A DNA stretch of 64,000 nucleotides from Phoronis australis (GCA_002633005.1 NMRA01000009.1:35484-99483), one strand, 5' to 3'. Positions 1-12,133 are shown, counted from the first letter of the stretch. The notes: generated by a model from the letters alone, not told the origin. Translations and numbers: made by a program.

Positions 1-342
1 AACTTATTGTTAAATCCAGAACTAATAACCCCTCGTACTGGCTAGAGGTCGGAGCTTTTAAGCTTAAAAAGATCTTTGAGAACATAGGTAATGGGCTTTT
101 GCACCGATGGAACATGATGGGGTTGTTGCTAACCAATGAGCTAAATATCTCATTGCGCTAACCGAGTCATTAGTTTTCATTATAAGGCCAAAAAGCGTCG
201 AGTATAGCTGTAGGTGAATACAGTTTTCGTAAAACAGAATAATGAAGACTTTGAATGAACAATTTACTTTATTTTTAGCGAGACGTCGTCTGTTACGAAT
301 ATCCCATCATGCGTTGAATATTTACTTTTAAATTATTTGTAG

Positions 343-438
343 GGAGACGTCGTATGTTGCGGATACCTCAGCATGCGTTCAATATTAAAGTAAACATTAG
401 GTCCAGAAAACATAAGGACATGGCCGGAAATGTGATCC
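343..438 (+). CDS. ADAMTS/ADAMTS-like protein, spacer-domain exon A (gene begins upstream of window)
   Basis: ttgtag acceptor, C|GTAAGT donor; encodes RRRMLRIPQHAFNIKVNIRSRKHKDMAGNVI, resembling the ADAMTS spacer IPxGAxNIxV...N motif; ends phase 1, matching next exon. Confidence 0.7.
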
Positions 439-480
439 GTAAGTAAAACTTACTGTATTTTTTTACTTAATATTGAATCA

Positions 481-705
481 TTCGCACCCAGCCTTTAATA
501 TGGGGGGTCTCGAATCTCTGACAATGTGGACGTTTTGCTAACAAAAAAGCGGGAGGGCTAAAAAATTAAAACAGGACGCCACCTTCAGGTCTGTGAACTG
601 TGCGTCTGCGCCTTTTTAGTGGACTTTTGTCGGACTTTTTTCTCTGGGGCGGACCTTTTTACTCACTTCGCCAAACCCCCTAGCCCCCCCGGGTGCGCGC
701 ATGTG
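481..705. mobile_element. Short non-autonomous DNA-element fragment (module shared with 23905-24015, 37630-37775, 63925-64000)
   Basis: cgcacccagcc...gggggtctcgaa...gtggac module recurs several times in the window. Confidence 0.5.
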
Positions 706-1638
706 AATACAAGAAATAATTTTACTGAAAACCAATAGGAATAGAAAGGCATTCGAGTACTGGAATGGAATTCAGTGCGTAAAATTGTATTAAGTAAATA
801 TATATAATTATACAGATCATAAATACTTTAACAATATAAAGGATGTGTTTATATACTTACCGTGTCTCACCAGAGTCCAGGGTTTATTTTTTGTACTAGA
901 AATCGAATTAAATATTTTGACATTTCCCTTCTACATTAGCATGAAGGTATATTGTTGTGTGTTCCAGTGTATTATACTTTACAAAAATGAGTGTCAATAG
1001 TCCAAGTTGCACTTGATAAACTCTTCATTTGAGCTATAATCTCGCTCGAGTGAAAACTCGACGTCTGATGTTCAGACTTCAATTGATGGCTTCAACGCTG
1101 GGGTCATAAACGATAATGTAGTTTAGCAGAGGACGATAGAGTGGTATCTTGAGTCCCCACAGGCAGCAGTAGAACAATAATTCCAGATATACGAAGATTA
1201 GACCCCGGACTTGCAAGAAGAAAATTGTGTCACTTCTCCAACAGTTAAGGCATTGAAAATACAACAAATTATATTGCCGTGGGAAACATTCGCCTACAAC
1301 GGGTTATTACTATTAGGCCTGGGTCCACAGAGCGAGTCTAGTTTCTCATTCTCTGGATTGGATATGTTAATATTAAGATTAAAACTGTAAATATTGTTTC
1401 GCTGTATTTTGTTTATAGTTGTTCAGCTACAGTGTAGGATCGTGTAGGTTTATTTGTTTATTCCGGCTTAAGGCAATCAGTTGACTGAATGGACTGTCCT
1501 CTGAAAAATTCATATCGTCAACGGAAAAATAAGGATTTGCACTAACAACCTATGTTTAGAATTTCCAGTCTAGGTGTTTTTGTTTGTAACTGTTCGTAAC
1601 GATCAAACAGTTTGGTCAACTTTATTGTTTTTTTTCAG

Positions 1639-1742
1639 ATCTGAGAACAATTTCTGGCTGGTATTTAACCGACATCCGCAGCTACTCAGATACACGTGTC
1701 ATTGCTTACGCTGGCAGCTCATGGGAATACATTTATGACAAG
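1639..1742 (+). CDS. ADAMTS-like spacer-domain exon B
   Basis: long polypyrimidine tract + cag, AAG|GT donor; (H)LRTISGWYLTDIRSYSDTRVIAYAGSSWEYIYDK resembles spacer LxxxxGxYL...AGxxxxY. Confidence 0.7.
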
Positions 1743-2064
1743 GTATTCTTTTTCAGTGTTCAGTGAAAACCGCGTGTTTTATCCAATGTAATTATGGGAG
1801 ACATAGGAAACCCTTTGCGGTGAGAAGTTTTCGCTTATGGAACGATTTTACTTGCTTACTCCCATTATTTGAACATTCAAGTCTCGCCGAACCAATCATT
1901 TTATAGCAGCAGCCAGTTTGCAAGTGTGTGTTGATAAGAACCCATTCGGGTTATTGGGCTCGCTTTGCACTTACGCGATTTTACGCAATTTTGCGCGATC
2001 TCATTTTTCTTGCAAGAGAATTACTTTACAGAACGCAACACTGATTGACGTTGTACGATTTCAG

Positions 2065-2130
2065 TTCGGTGGATGGTTACCTCACTTACTGCGAACCAAG
2101 GGGCCAATCACGAAGGACGTGGATATATAC
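2065..2130 (+). CDS. ADAMTS-like spacer-domain exon C
   Basis: tttcag acceptor, GTAGGT donor, 66 nt phase 0/0; FGGWLPHLLRTKGPITKDVDIY resembles spacer GPxxxxLxI. Confidence 0.68.
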
Positions 2131-2683
2131 GTAGGTTTTAAAGGAATATTCATTGACATGATGATCGTGGTGAAGCGGTTCACTTTCAAAGCTATAACAC
2201 AGTTGTGCGTTAGATACATTACTGCACTCTACTCAGATTTAAACTTCGCTAGTGCATGCTGGAAATTGCAAGTCCTCCTATCAGCAACGCTTAATTTTTA
2301 CTCTTAGTGGAGAATTAGCAATTAGATACCCACCATCTTTGGAAAGAATCACTGTAATCAAATGTCTTAAGTGTTGCGCATTATTAATAAAGTTCCCAAT
2401 GTCAATTAATGGAAAAGTAAGCTGTCCTATCAAGATTCCAACCAACGTTGCATGAAGATAAATTCGACAGAAGTCATTTTAAAGACGATCATAGTTGTTG
2501 GTCTTTTCAACTGCAAAATTTATAGATTGACTGAGGTCTGACCTTGTAAACATGCTGCCAAATGTCTTGGTTTGGATTCAATTTAATTTATTTTACTTGC
2601 CTGCTGTCTATCGTAGAATTTTTTTGAAATTCTTACAACACGTAATTCGAATTTAATTATTTCAAATGCACCATTTTTTTCAG

Positions 2684-2776
2684 CTTCACAGAACGTGGCA
2701 CGCCAAACCAAACCTGGGCATTGAATATACGTACACGCTTTTAAATGTACATCGCCGTCATCGCATTGCTTCCTGA
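2684..2776 (+). CDS. ADAMTS-like spacer-domain terminal exon
   Basis: tttttttcag acceptor; LHRTWHAKPNLGIEYTYTLLNVHRRHRIAS* contains the spacer-end NxGIxYxY motif, then TGA. Confidence 0.68.
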   Translation, partial: LHRTWHAKPNLGIEYTYTLLNVHRRHRIAS

Positions 2777-3051
2777 AGAACAAAGTTTGCCGAGTTCCTT
2801 CCTAGCATACTATACGTGTAATAATATATTTGTAAGACATACTATACGTGTAATACTATATTTGTATGACATACTATACGTGGAATACTATATTTGTAAG
2901 ACAATTACAAAAGTTATTGTTGTAGCTTGACTTTGTACAAGCAATGGTGAAGTGTTGTTATCGCTACTTTTGTTAATAATGCATTTCGCTCTCTTTAGCT
3001 GACTAGAAATTGAAAATGGAATTAGGCCGTTTACTGTCATGAAAACGACTG

Positions 3052-4088
3052 ATAAATATAGATTATTGCATGGCGAAGTCGTTTTCCCCCGTTATCTAGA
3101 CCCCGAGTGGATTTTGGATAATTATCGCCCGAGGGGCGTTAGTCCCGAGGGTGATAATTCTACACAATCCACGAGGGCTCTAGATAAGGGGGATAACGAC
3201 TGAGAACATGTAATAATCTATTTATACTACATACTGAACGAGAAACATTGCAATGAATCGATCTACCTTTCTCGACTCGCCTCGGCTTTGTGACTACTTT
3301 CTATGTCAGAGGCCCGGGGTCGGAGGTCGTGACCTTTTAAGAAAAGCCGAGTTATTTTTGTCAAATAATGCTTTAACTCAAAACCAATTGAAAAACAAAC
3401 TAGAAATAAAGTGAATCTATAAATTAAGGTTTAGCAACTATTATAGCTTACTACACATTTTATCATGCTAAGCTTCTACCGGGAAAATATCGTCTGCTAA
3501 ATTGGTTACCACTGGTAACTGAGTATAATGCTAAAGTCAAAGGATCCCGACGACACGATGCCCGCATTCAAATTGGAGATCGGTGATTTTACAAGTGAGA
3601 GAACACGAGAAAAAAAATTCACTTGATTAAAATATCGTTTTTATGGAAATTATACGTCTTATTTTTCATAGCGTATAAATGTCGGTACAATGCCCTTTGC
3701 TAAACATACGATTGTTGCGCGTGCTCATTTAAGTATTCTATTTTCACGTTTGATGACGTCAGCCGCTGAGTGGTGTAGTGGTAAAGTCGGCGACTCGAAA
3801 CTCTTGAGGCTCGGCTTCGAAACCGGCCTCGGTTTCCCGCCACTAGTGAGATTTGTATCTGCCATTCGACGCTAATATCGTGGTATAATATTCCTTATAC
3901 CACAATATTAGCGTATAAATAGATTATTACATGTTCTCAGTCGTTATCCCTCTTATCTAGAGCCCTCGTGGATTTTGTAGAGTTATCACCCTTGGGGCTA
4001 ACGCCCCTCGGGCGATAATTCTCCAAAATCCACTCGGGCGCTAGATAACGGGGAATAACGACTTCACCATGTAATAATCTAAATTTAT
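3052..4088. mobile_element. Inner fold-back element with ~175-bp TIRs, each itself a hairpin
   Basis: 3052-3228 is the reverse complement of 3913-4088; each arm is internally palindromic. Confidence 0.8.
3765..3834 (+). pseudogene. tRNA-derived sequence inside fold-back element
   Basis: A-box TGGTGTAGTGG, B-box-like GCTTCGAAACC, acceptor-like gctgag/ctcggt pairing; anticodon arm degenerate. Confidence 0.5.
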
Positions 4089-5213
4089 TGTAACAGGATT
4101 CCGTATCAGTTACCAACTCCAGTTACCGACCGCGTGCATGCGCCATTTCCAAATTCGCTAGCCAACCTCCGCTAAACTCTGAAGAGTTTTCTAGAGTAGA
4201 AGATGGTTTCGATGTTCTAGTTGGTAACGGAAATAGAAACATATCACATTGATTTTATGACAGTAAAAGGCCTAGTTTGATTTTAGATTTTAGCCAGCTG
4301 AATAGGGCAAAATGTGGCTTTAATCAATGTTACACTTCAGAAACATAAACTGCGCTGGCTCGCAACATTTTCAAATAAATAATGATTTTAATTTCAATAA
4401 ATACAAACGTGCGATCCGTTTTATTTTTTTCTTCCGTTGGGAAGTACGCATAAAATGTGAGTCAAATGAATGGGAAAGGGGAAGGACGGGGATTGTGAAA
4501 GTAGCACCCATTAATTGATTTATTAACAAGCGAAACTTGCAGCCTTCAAGGTACACACGGGTACGAGCAATACCACAGTATTGCATCAAGTGACAATCAA
4601 ACCATGTATTGTCAGCAGCTTAATTTATATTCACGTGAATTTTAATTTTTAGTTTCTTGTACGGGTGTACATCTTCAGTACTGAGCATAGTCTTTCCGAC
4701 TTGACTCCTCCGGGACATGCGATACTACTTTGCCCGACCATAAGCACACGACAGTCACCCCCCCCCACTACCCCCACTACCCCACTCTCGCTACAATTGC
4801 CACCACATACACCCCACCTCCAGTGCCACCACATACCAATCCTCGCCGCATGAACACCATAGTTTGGTGTCTGTCTAATAGTATTTCTTTACAACATTCC
4901 ACCCTTTATCATTGGATGCTGCATTGTCGGACTTTTTGCTTGACCTTTCCGTAATTTTTGTCTGAATATCCGATACTGTGATGACAAGGTGGAGAAAATT
5001 TGAGCATTTGACATGCGACACGACATTGGCATCAGCGTAACCCAACCTGAGAACACAAAAATGAAAAAGGGCCCGTCCTTCCCATTACAACCTAGTCTTC
5101 TTCCCATTTCTTGTCCTTCCTTCTTAATTTGGTGTCCGTCCTTCTCATACGAAGGCCTGTACTTCTCATTTCTCGCCCGTCCTTTCAATTTTGGTGTCTC
5201 ATCGACGATCAGA

Positions 5214-5395
5214 AGTTTTCATTGGATCCAGTCGTCAAGTCGTCTTGTACGTAGTTTTCATTGGATTCAGTCGTCAAGTCGTCTTGTACGTAGTTTTCAT
5301 TGGATTCAGTCGTCAAGTCGTCTTGTACGTAGTTTTCATTGGATTCAGTCGTCAAGTCGTCTTGGACGTAGTTTCAGTGGTCAAGTCGTCTTGGT
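5214..5395. repeat. 39-bp minisatellite, ~4.5 copies
   Basis: unit gttttcattggattcagtcgtcaagtcgtcttgtacgta. Confidence 0.95.
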
Positions 5396-6243
5396 GACGT
5401 GAGTGTCTACGTATGATGCACATTTAACTCCAAAACTTTTGAATATCGCCATTTTGGTAATAAAATCAAAAGTCGAACCGTCCAGTAATTCCAAAACCTA
5501 CAAAGACTGGAATTAGGACAGTCTTGACAATAACTTTTCAGTCACGAATATTCGAGCATTGTCCATGTAATTTAATGTTAATTCTATTTCTAAAAAGTCA
5601 CTCGTTTGCTATTTACATAATAAACACAGCGGTTTTAAATCATATTTATGTTACCACGTTGGTATAAAATGTAAAAAAAAAATGTCGAGAGGCATACAGC
5701 TGCCTAACAACTTCGTTTCTAATAAAAATATTATGTCTCGGTAAAGGCAATAAAAGGTATAATGTATGTTCGCACATATTTACTGCCGTCCATATAAACA
5801 CGCATTCCTCATGTGACCTTGTGTATTTGGGTTAGGCTTAATTTGTTGAATGGTTTCCTTTAAAAACACAATTCACTGTTTTTCCGTGGCTCTGTAATAG
5901 TTGTTGTAGCGAGTACCACAAGGCGTCCAGCTCACTGATTGTATACCGATCAATGCCTGATTGTGTTGGCCGTCAAAAGCGTTACATTAATATTTCAATG
6001 CGTGATTACCGTCTTGATCACTGTGCCAGAAATTGTGTTGAATACGTATGAATGTAGTCGTCCGTATACCTCGGCTTAACGACGTTGGGGGTTTTACGGT
6101 TGGTAACTGTTAGTTCCAAGGTGACCAAAGGAAGGTATACGGGTACAAGCGAACACATATACATATTGCACTTGACTGATACCAGTCTTTTAACTTGTCA
6201 TTTAATCAGTGCACGGAGATATATTCGTTGTTTCTGAAATCAG

Positions 6244-6335
6244 GCTTATTGGGCGAATGTAGAAGGCTTTCTGAAGACGTATTTCTCAACTAGGACTGGC
6301 CACACCTCAACCGTAATTGGAAGCAACAGTCTCAG
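6244..6335 (+). other. Candidate exon (probably 5' part/UTR of the gene at 10.5 kb)
   Basis: cag acceptor and strong CAG|GTAAGA donor; open in one frame but no recognisable domain. Confidence 0.3.
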
Positions 6336-6527
6336 GTAAGACAACTTTTACGCGCAATTCAAACTCAACTAGATATCTTGCATATATAAAGTGAGTAAAG
6401 TAGGCCAAGAAAATGGGAAACAGTGAATAATTGACGTGCAGAGATAATTAAAATAAAACTAAAAAGCTTTTAGGGCCGCCAGATACGATCAGCGTATCAA
6501 AAGAGCACAAGCGTATAGGAACGTGTT

Positions 6528-6692
6528 CAATGGCGGATTTAAGGGGGGGGGCAAGGAAGCCATGCCCCCTCTAAAATTTTTCCCAGATTCCATTTGGCAG
6601 TTCGGGGGTGCGAATGTCGATCTGACGGGAAAAATCCTGGCAAATACTCTGCCCTGCCCCCCCCCCAACTCAAAATCCTGGATCCGCCCCTG
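6528..6692. mobile_element. MITE with CA(G/A)(T/G)GGCGGAT TIRs, ~5-bp TSD
   Basis: caatggcggat ... atccgcccctg; flanks gtgtt/gtgtg; same family as 37560-37869 in opposite orientation. Confidence 0.8.
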
Positions 6693-8835
6693 GTGTGAAC
6701 TTGTAATTAGTAAAACGATGAGAAGCAACCACTGCACGTGATACGTTCAGCTGATCAAAGTGAAAAACACGTGCTGTAGGAGAAATCTGAAGCGTCACAT
6801 TCGAATCACTGCGTCCGGAAAACATGTAAACCGAAATTAATTGTCTCGTGTTGTAGAATGAGTTGTGCATACATACACACATACATACATACGTACGTAC
6901 GTACATGTTTACGTAAGTGCACGCATACACACGCACACGCATAGGTATATCATCACAAGGAATAATTCTCAGAGAGGAACAAACTGTGTGATTAACCTGC
7001 AGTTTCATGAATCCTTTAATGTCATGTAGGACCTTATCGACAAATCTGCTTATTTAGCCATCACTTTTTGCTAATCTCCTACTAATTGGATCACGTGACC
7101 ACTGTTAGTAATAGTTAGAAAAGTGCATTCATGGCAAAACAACGTTATGAATAACTGCACCAAATTTTGTTTGGTTCTAAAAAAACGCTGTAATATTTTT
7201 ATGAATCATTATTTCATTTTAGTTTTATGCAACTAAAAGTTGTATTTTTAGCCCCTCATTACAATTTCTACCAGTGTTTTGGAGAAGAAAGCATAATATT
7301 ATTCTAAAGCTTTTTGTGAATCCGATCAGCCATTCTTGACAGTGATTTTCCAAAATCAGACAGTTTTGGAAATTTTTCTAGGTACCTACGTAACCTTAAG
7401 TCTGCTCATTAGGCAAAATTATATAAAATGCAAGAAATATTGTTTCAGTACTGGAGCACTAGACTGGGTTTGACGGCCTGTAAGTTGAGGCTAATACAAC
7501 CCAAGTCACTTGTTGTAGGACGAGAGTAAGATACTCCAATACAGGCCGTGACTACCCACCATTTTAAAAACTCAGCCGGATCCGAGCTTGTTTCTTTGCT
7601 TTCTTATTTGTTTTTTTTTTCTTACTGAATGCTTACCAGGACGATAATGGGAAAGGCGATTGAACAGAGGAAGAAAGCTATGATACAACACACGAGGGTC
7701 GTTTCTGAAAAAAAAAATTACTTCAAATATTTTGCGACGGACAGACATAATTGAATTAGATGAGTAACGCTTCTTGTCGAAAAATTGTAATTCATTTAAA
7801 GTTTGGGCTTTTCGATTCATTTAGGCTCTAGTGACTGGCAAACCACTCAAATCCTCATGTAGAGCGTTTGAGTGTGTTCAAGTCAGTATCATTGCACTGT
7901 ATTAAACATACTTTGGCAAGATGATCCATTGCCGGGGTTGTTATTTGCCCGTTATTACCGAATGTTTTCATAAATACAGTTCGATATAGTAGGCAAGCTA
8001 TTTAAAGACAACTGGCACCCAAGTCCTCAATGAAGTCCTCAGGATCGATGCTTAGTAGGGACCACGCAGGGGATACCGAGTGTAACGAGGCGTAACATGT
8101 TTAATTGAATCCTGGTGTACTAAAACAATCGCTATTGATTGCCCAACATCACTGGCATTGTGTGTAACCAAGTCAGCTATTTTTGCAAAACCAGAGACGA
8201 TAGATCACTATTCCAATCGACAACACATAGTTTGATCTTTTGCGTATTGCCGTCCTTGTATTTGTCACGCACAGTCCAAGTATCATTAGAAGTGAACTGT
8301 ACAAACGCTGATCATTTTTCATATTCCTCTTTAAAATATGAAAAGTGTTCACTATTATGTTTCCGTTTTCGGATAGACTTGACATATTTTGCGCCTTCTG
8401 GTGGCCATTTTTATGATACAAATAGACATCGCGAGAAGCATGCCATGTGCGGTGCCCAATTGCTTCGAAATTTCTCCTGTGATATTTTTTGTAGAATGCT
8501 ATTATCGAGTGCTGCGTAACAAAAAGTCGTTATCAAAATGGCGTCTATGATGCATTTTCGTCATTTTTTAATAGTGCTGGGGTGCCACAACAGGAATAGG
8601 AAATAATATGAATTTTTTCATGTGAAGTCTCACTTCCGGTGGTGCAGCCTATATTTTTATGCTAGACCTCGATCATGGGCTGCCTTCCGGCGGGAACCCT
8701 ATATTATTATTGGGGACCCCGATGCTATTATAGGGGGCCTCGCTGAAAGGCGATCGAAAAGCGGGCCATTTTATGTTAATACAGAGGGCCTCGCCGAAAG
8801 GCGGTCGAAGAGCGGGGCCCCCTATATTAATATAG

Positions 8836-9835
8836 NNNNNNNNNNNNNNNNNNNNNNNNNNNNNNNNNNNNNNNNNNNNNNNNNNNNNNNNNNNNNNNNN
8901 NNNNNNNNNNNNNNNNNNNNNNNNNNNNNNNNNNNNNNNNNNNNNNNNNNNNNNNNNNNNNNNNNNNNNNNNNNNNNNNNNNNNNNNNNNNNNNNNNNNN
9001 NNNNNNNNNNNNNNNNNNNNNNNNNNNNNNNNNNNNNNNNNNNNNNNNNNNNNNNNNNNNNNNNNNNNNNNNNNNNNNNNNNNNNNNNNNNNNNNNNNNN
9101 NNNNNNNNNNNNNNNNNNNNNNNNNNNNNNNNNNNNNNNNNNNNNNNNNNNNNNNNNNNNNNNNNNNNNNNNNNNNNNNNNNNNNNNNNNNNNNNNNNNN
9201 NNNNNNNNNNNNNNNNNNNNNNNNNNNNNNNNNNNNNNNNNNNNNNNNNNNNNNNNNNNNNNNNNNNNNNNNNNNNNNNNNNNNNNNNNNNNNNNNNNNN
9301 NNNNNNNNNNNNNNNNNNNNNNNNNNNNNNNNNNNNNNNNNNNNNNNNNNNNNNNNNNNNNNNNNNNNNNNNNNNNNNNNNNNNNNNNNNNNNNNNNNNN
9401 NNNNNNNNNNNNNNNNNNNNNNNNNNNNNNNNNNNNNNNNNNNNNNNNNNNNNNNNNNNNNNNNNNNNNNNNNNNNNNNNNNNNNNNNNNNNNNNNNNNN
9501 NNNNNNNNNNNNNNNNNNNNNNNNNNNNNNNNNNNNNNNNNNNNNNNNNNNNNNNNNNNNNNNNNNNNNNNNNNNNNNNNNNNNNNNNNNNNNNNNNNNN
9601 NNNNNNNNNNNNNNNNNNNNNNNNNNNNNNNNNNNNNNNNNNNNNNNNNNNNNNNNNNNNNNNNNNNNNNNNNNNNNNNNNNNNNNNNNNNNNNNNNNNN
9701 NNNNNNNNNNNNNNNNNNNNNNNNNNNNNNNNNNNNNNNNNNNNNNNNNNNNNNNNNNNNNNNNNNNNNNNNNNNNNNNNNNNNNNNNNNNNNNNNNNNN
9801 NNNNNNNNNNNNNNNNNNNNNNNNNNNNNNNNNNN
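8836..9835. other. Assembly gap (1000 N)
   Basis: run of N; flanked by a GC-rich hairpin repeat (8730-8835) and an 18-bp tandem repeat. Confidence 0.99.
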
Positions 9836-9941
9836 TTGAATGTAACGTGAATGTTGAATGTAACGTGAATGTTGAATGTAACGTGAATGTTGAATGTAAC
9901 GTGAATGTTGAATGTAAGGTGAATGTTGCATGTAACGTGAA
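9836..9941. repeat. 18-bp tandem repeat abutting gap
   Basis: unit tgaatgtaacgtgaatgt. Confidence 0.95.
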
Positions 9942-10363
9942 ATTCTGAATTGAGATAAGTGCGCTGAAGTTTAACAATAGTCACGTTTCTTTAGTAGTCA
10001 AGTTTCTTTGAAAATGTTGTTTGAATGTAGCGCTTTGGCTTACTTTTACACTGTAAAAAGTTACCAGTAAGTAACCTAACTTGTGTGAATTGTCTCTGAA
10101 CCAAAACCAATATGGACACTAGGCCTACAGTTCATACAAACAAGGGTTATTTAAGTAGTTGTGACGTATATGTTATTCGAGGTTCTTTAAAGCGAGTTCA
10201 GAGATGAGGTCAATTTTTTTAAAATCAATTTCATTGTTCCCCAAAAATGGAAATGAAGAATCAAATCCCAAGACGACAGAGTAGGCAGAATTTTACAATG
10301 TGAAAAATCCAAAATTCAATGTTACTGCCCTTCGCCAATTGTGATTTCAACTTCTTTTACCAG

Positions 10364-10431
10364 ACGTCCTTCGATCCTCAGTGGATGAACGCTACTTTCT
10401 AATTATGACAGCCGGCACTTTCATTAAATTG
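10364..10431 (+). other. Candidate small upstream exon of uncharacterised gene
   Basis: cttcttttaccag acceptor, TTG|GTAATA donor; ATG at ~10405 (MTAGTFIKL) splices in frame to 10506. Confidence 0.45.
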
Positions 10432-10505
10432 GTAATAGTGTACATGTTTATTAAAAAAAAACTGTTCGTTTTATTGTTGACTGGTTCAACTTGATTATTT
10501 TACAG

Positions 10506-11276
10506 GTACAATGTGGACGTAAAATGTCCGGGAAAAACGCACGGACACTGCACTGCGCCGGGGATAATTCGACGAAAACGTTGACTGCGAAAGAGTACAA
10601 CTGTTTAAAGCACGCACTACCAAAAAGTAAAATCCCCCGCGTGTTACTTCATGACAACGTTACACACACAAAGACTCTGTCAAGGTACCTGGGCATACTA
10701 CAGTCGAGGAAGAATAAATCAAGGAATGACCAGGAACAGAACATCCGCACCTTTGTAGCATGTCAAAAGAAGAAGCAGGCAAAATGGAGAAGGGAAGATG
10801 AGTTTGGTATAGCTGGAATTAATCTGCCGCTCGTGACGGATTTACCAAAAGAAAGACCAACAAGCATGTGTAAACTATATACGACTCCCACGTACGACAT
10901 CGCCGAAAAGCCAAAAGTATGTGTGCCGTTACTACCGGTTATGTCTATGAATCGCTCCAAAACGGAGATAGTGTCACACCGTGACCAAACCATTTGTGCC
11001 AAACTTCCCTTAGTGGTAGAACTCGACAATAACCTCATGCGGCGTTATGACCAATACCGTGGAAAGTTACTTCTGGTTCCGGGAGGCAACGCTGTGACTG
11101 ATCGTAGATTTTACAATCTTACTTCGTCCTTGTCGGCGACGAAATTGGAGCCAGACGGGGACTTTACGTTTCGACCAGCTACCATGCCCCTACCCGTAAC
11201 TACAAAGACACGAACTCTCAACAGCGAAATGGTAACCTCCAGATTTTTCAAGAGAAAAACTCATTCGACCAAATAA
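10506..11276 (+). CDS. Uncharacterised basic protein (~250 aa from ATG 10524), terminal exon
   Basis: ttattttacag acceptor at 10505; longest non-repetitive, gap-free ORF in the window; no domain recognised. Confidence 0.7.
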   Translation, partial: VQCGRKMSGKNARTLHCAGDNSTKTLTAKEYNCLKHALPKSKIPRVLLHDNVTHTKTLSRYLGILQSRKNKSRNDQEQNIRTFVACQKKKQAKWRREDEFGIAGINLPLVTDLPKERPTSMCKLYTTPTYDIAEKPKVCVPLLPVMSMNRSKTEIVSHRDQTICAKLPLVVELDNNLMRRYDQYRGKLLLVPGGNAVTDRRFYNLTSSLSATKLEPDGDFTFRPATMPLPVTTKTRTLNSEMVTSRFFKRKTHSTK

Positions 11277-11789
11277 TTTTCTGGTCCAACTGCAAATCGC
11301 CACCAACACTGTGATACGACGAAAAAGCGCCAGATTAGTGTAATAGACAGATCTTAGACGTGCCTTTAGGTTTTGAAATCAAAACGCACAATTTATAAGG
11401 GAATGGCTGTCTTAGACATGATGTTTCCAGTATTTTCTTAAAGAGCAAGTGTCCAAAACATTAAAGCAAGACCCAATATTTGTAATCAGTATATTTAGGC
11501 TTCATTTCTATTCAACAAAAATTGAAACCCCCAGTTTCAAGAATACTATGTATATGTGAGAAACAGGTTGTATGACGTCAGGGATCTGTTGCCAAAAGTT
11601 GACTTTTTGTCTTTTGATTTTAGTATGCTCCCCAGCTGGCTACAGAGTTGTCTTGCCTTCGACTTGAAGACAGAATTCATGACTTTTAACATTGAAAGCC
11701 TACAACAAGCTGAGCCATCCATAGACTCGTTTTAGCCACAAGTCAAGACTCAGTGAAGGCAGTAATGTTGTTACTTAAGTTTATATCTG

Positions 11790-12038
11790 GTGAAACACTC
11801 TGGTCTAAAGGTCAGACAACACACAGGCTAGTTTATAGAAAGTGTGTTTCACCAGATATAAACACTCTGGTGTAAAGGTAGACAACACACAGGCTAGTTT
11901 ATAGAAAGTGTGTTTCACCAGATATAAACACTATGGTGTAAAGGTAGACAACACACAGGCTAGTTTATAGAAAGTTTGTTTCACCAGATATAAACACTCT
12001 GGTGTAAAGGTAGACAACACACAGGCTAGTTTATAGAA
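11790..12038. repeat. ~60-bp minisatellite, ~4 copies, between convergent gene 3' ends
   Basis: unit aaacactctggtgtaaaggtagacaacacacaggctagtttatagaaagtgtgtttcaccagatat. Confidence 0.95.
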
Positions 12039-12127
12039 ATGAAACATCTTCAGTCCCTTACAAATACTTTACCAAAATGTGTCACTTTGACTTAAATATT
12101 TGTCAATAGTTCATAACAGATAAAACC

Positions 12128-12133
12128 TTTATT
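12128..12133 (-). promoter_or_regulatory. Candidate polyadenylation signal of pyrophosphatase gene (another at 12189-12194)
   Basis: AATAAA on - strand ~550 nt after stop. Confidence 0.4.

Larger units (their letters stand above)
2973..4323. mobile_element. Outer MITE with ~70-bp imperfect TIRs bounded by TTAA (possibly Kolobok-like)
   Basis: taggccgtttactgtcatgaaa (~3023) is inverted relative to ttttatgacagtaaaaggccta (~4253); match extends outward to ttaa at both ends. Confidence 0.55.

Noticed and set aside
1918-2307. 129-aa single-exon gene
   Set aside because: Only 2065-2130 is bounded by splice sites and motif-supported; the rest is intronic
3765-3834. Functional tRNA gene
   Set aside because: Anticodon arm does not pair and it sits inside a transposon; tRNA-like pieces at ~35080-35140 and 35530-35595 are likewise degenerate or SINE heads
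5013-5402. ORFs with repeated peptides
   Set aside because: Product of the 39-bp minisatellite; the same applies to 49192-49434 and 20788-20976
6244-6335. Continuation of the ADAMTS-like gene
   Set aside because: Exons 2065-2130 and 2684-2776 complete the spacer with recognisable motifs and a stop, so this exon is not needed
8622-9984. Long ORFs (369-434 aa) in the ORF track
   Set aside because: Composed almost entirely of N gap; the same applies to ORFs at 30825-31314 and 62046-62655
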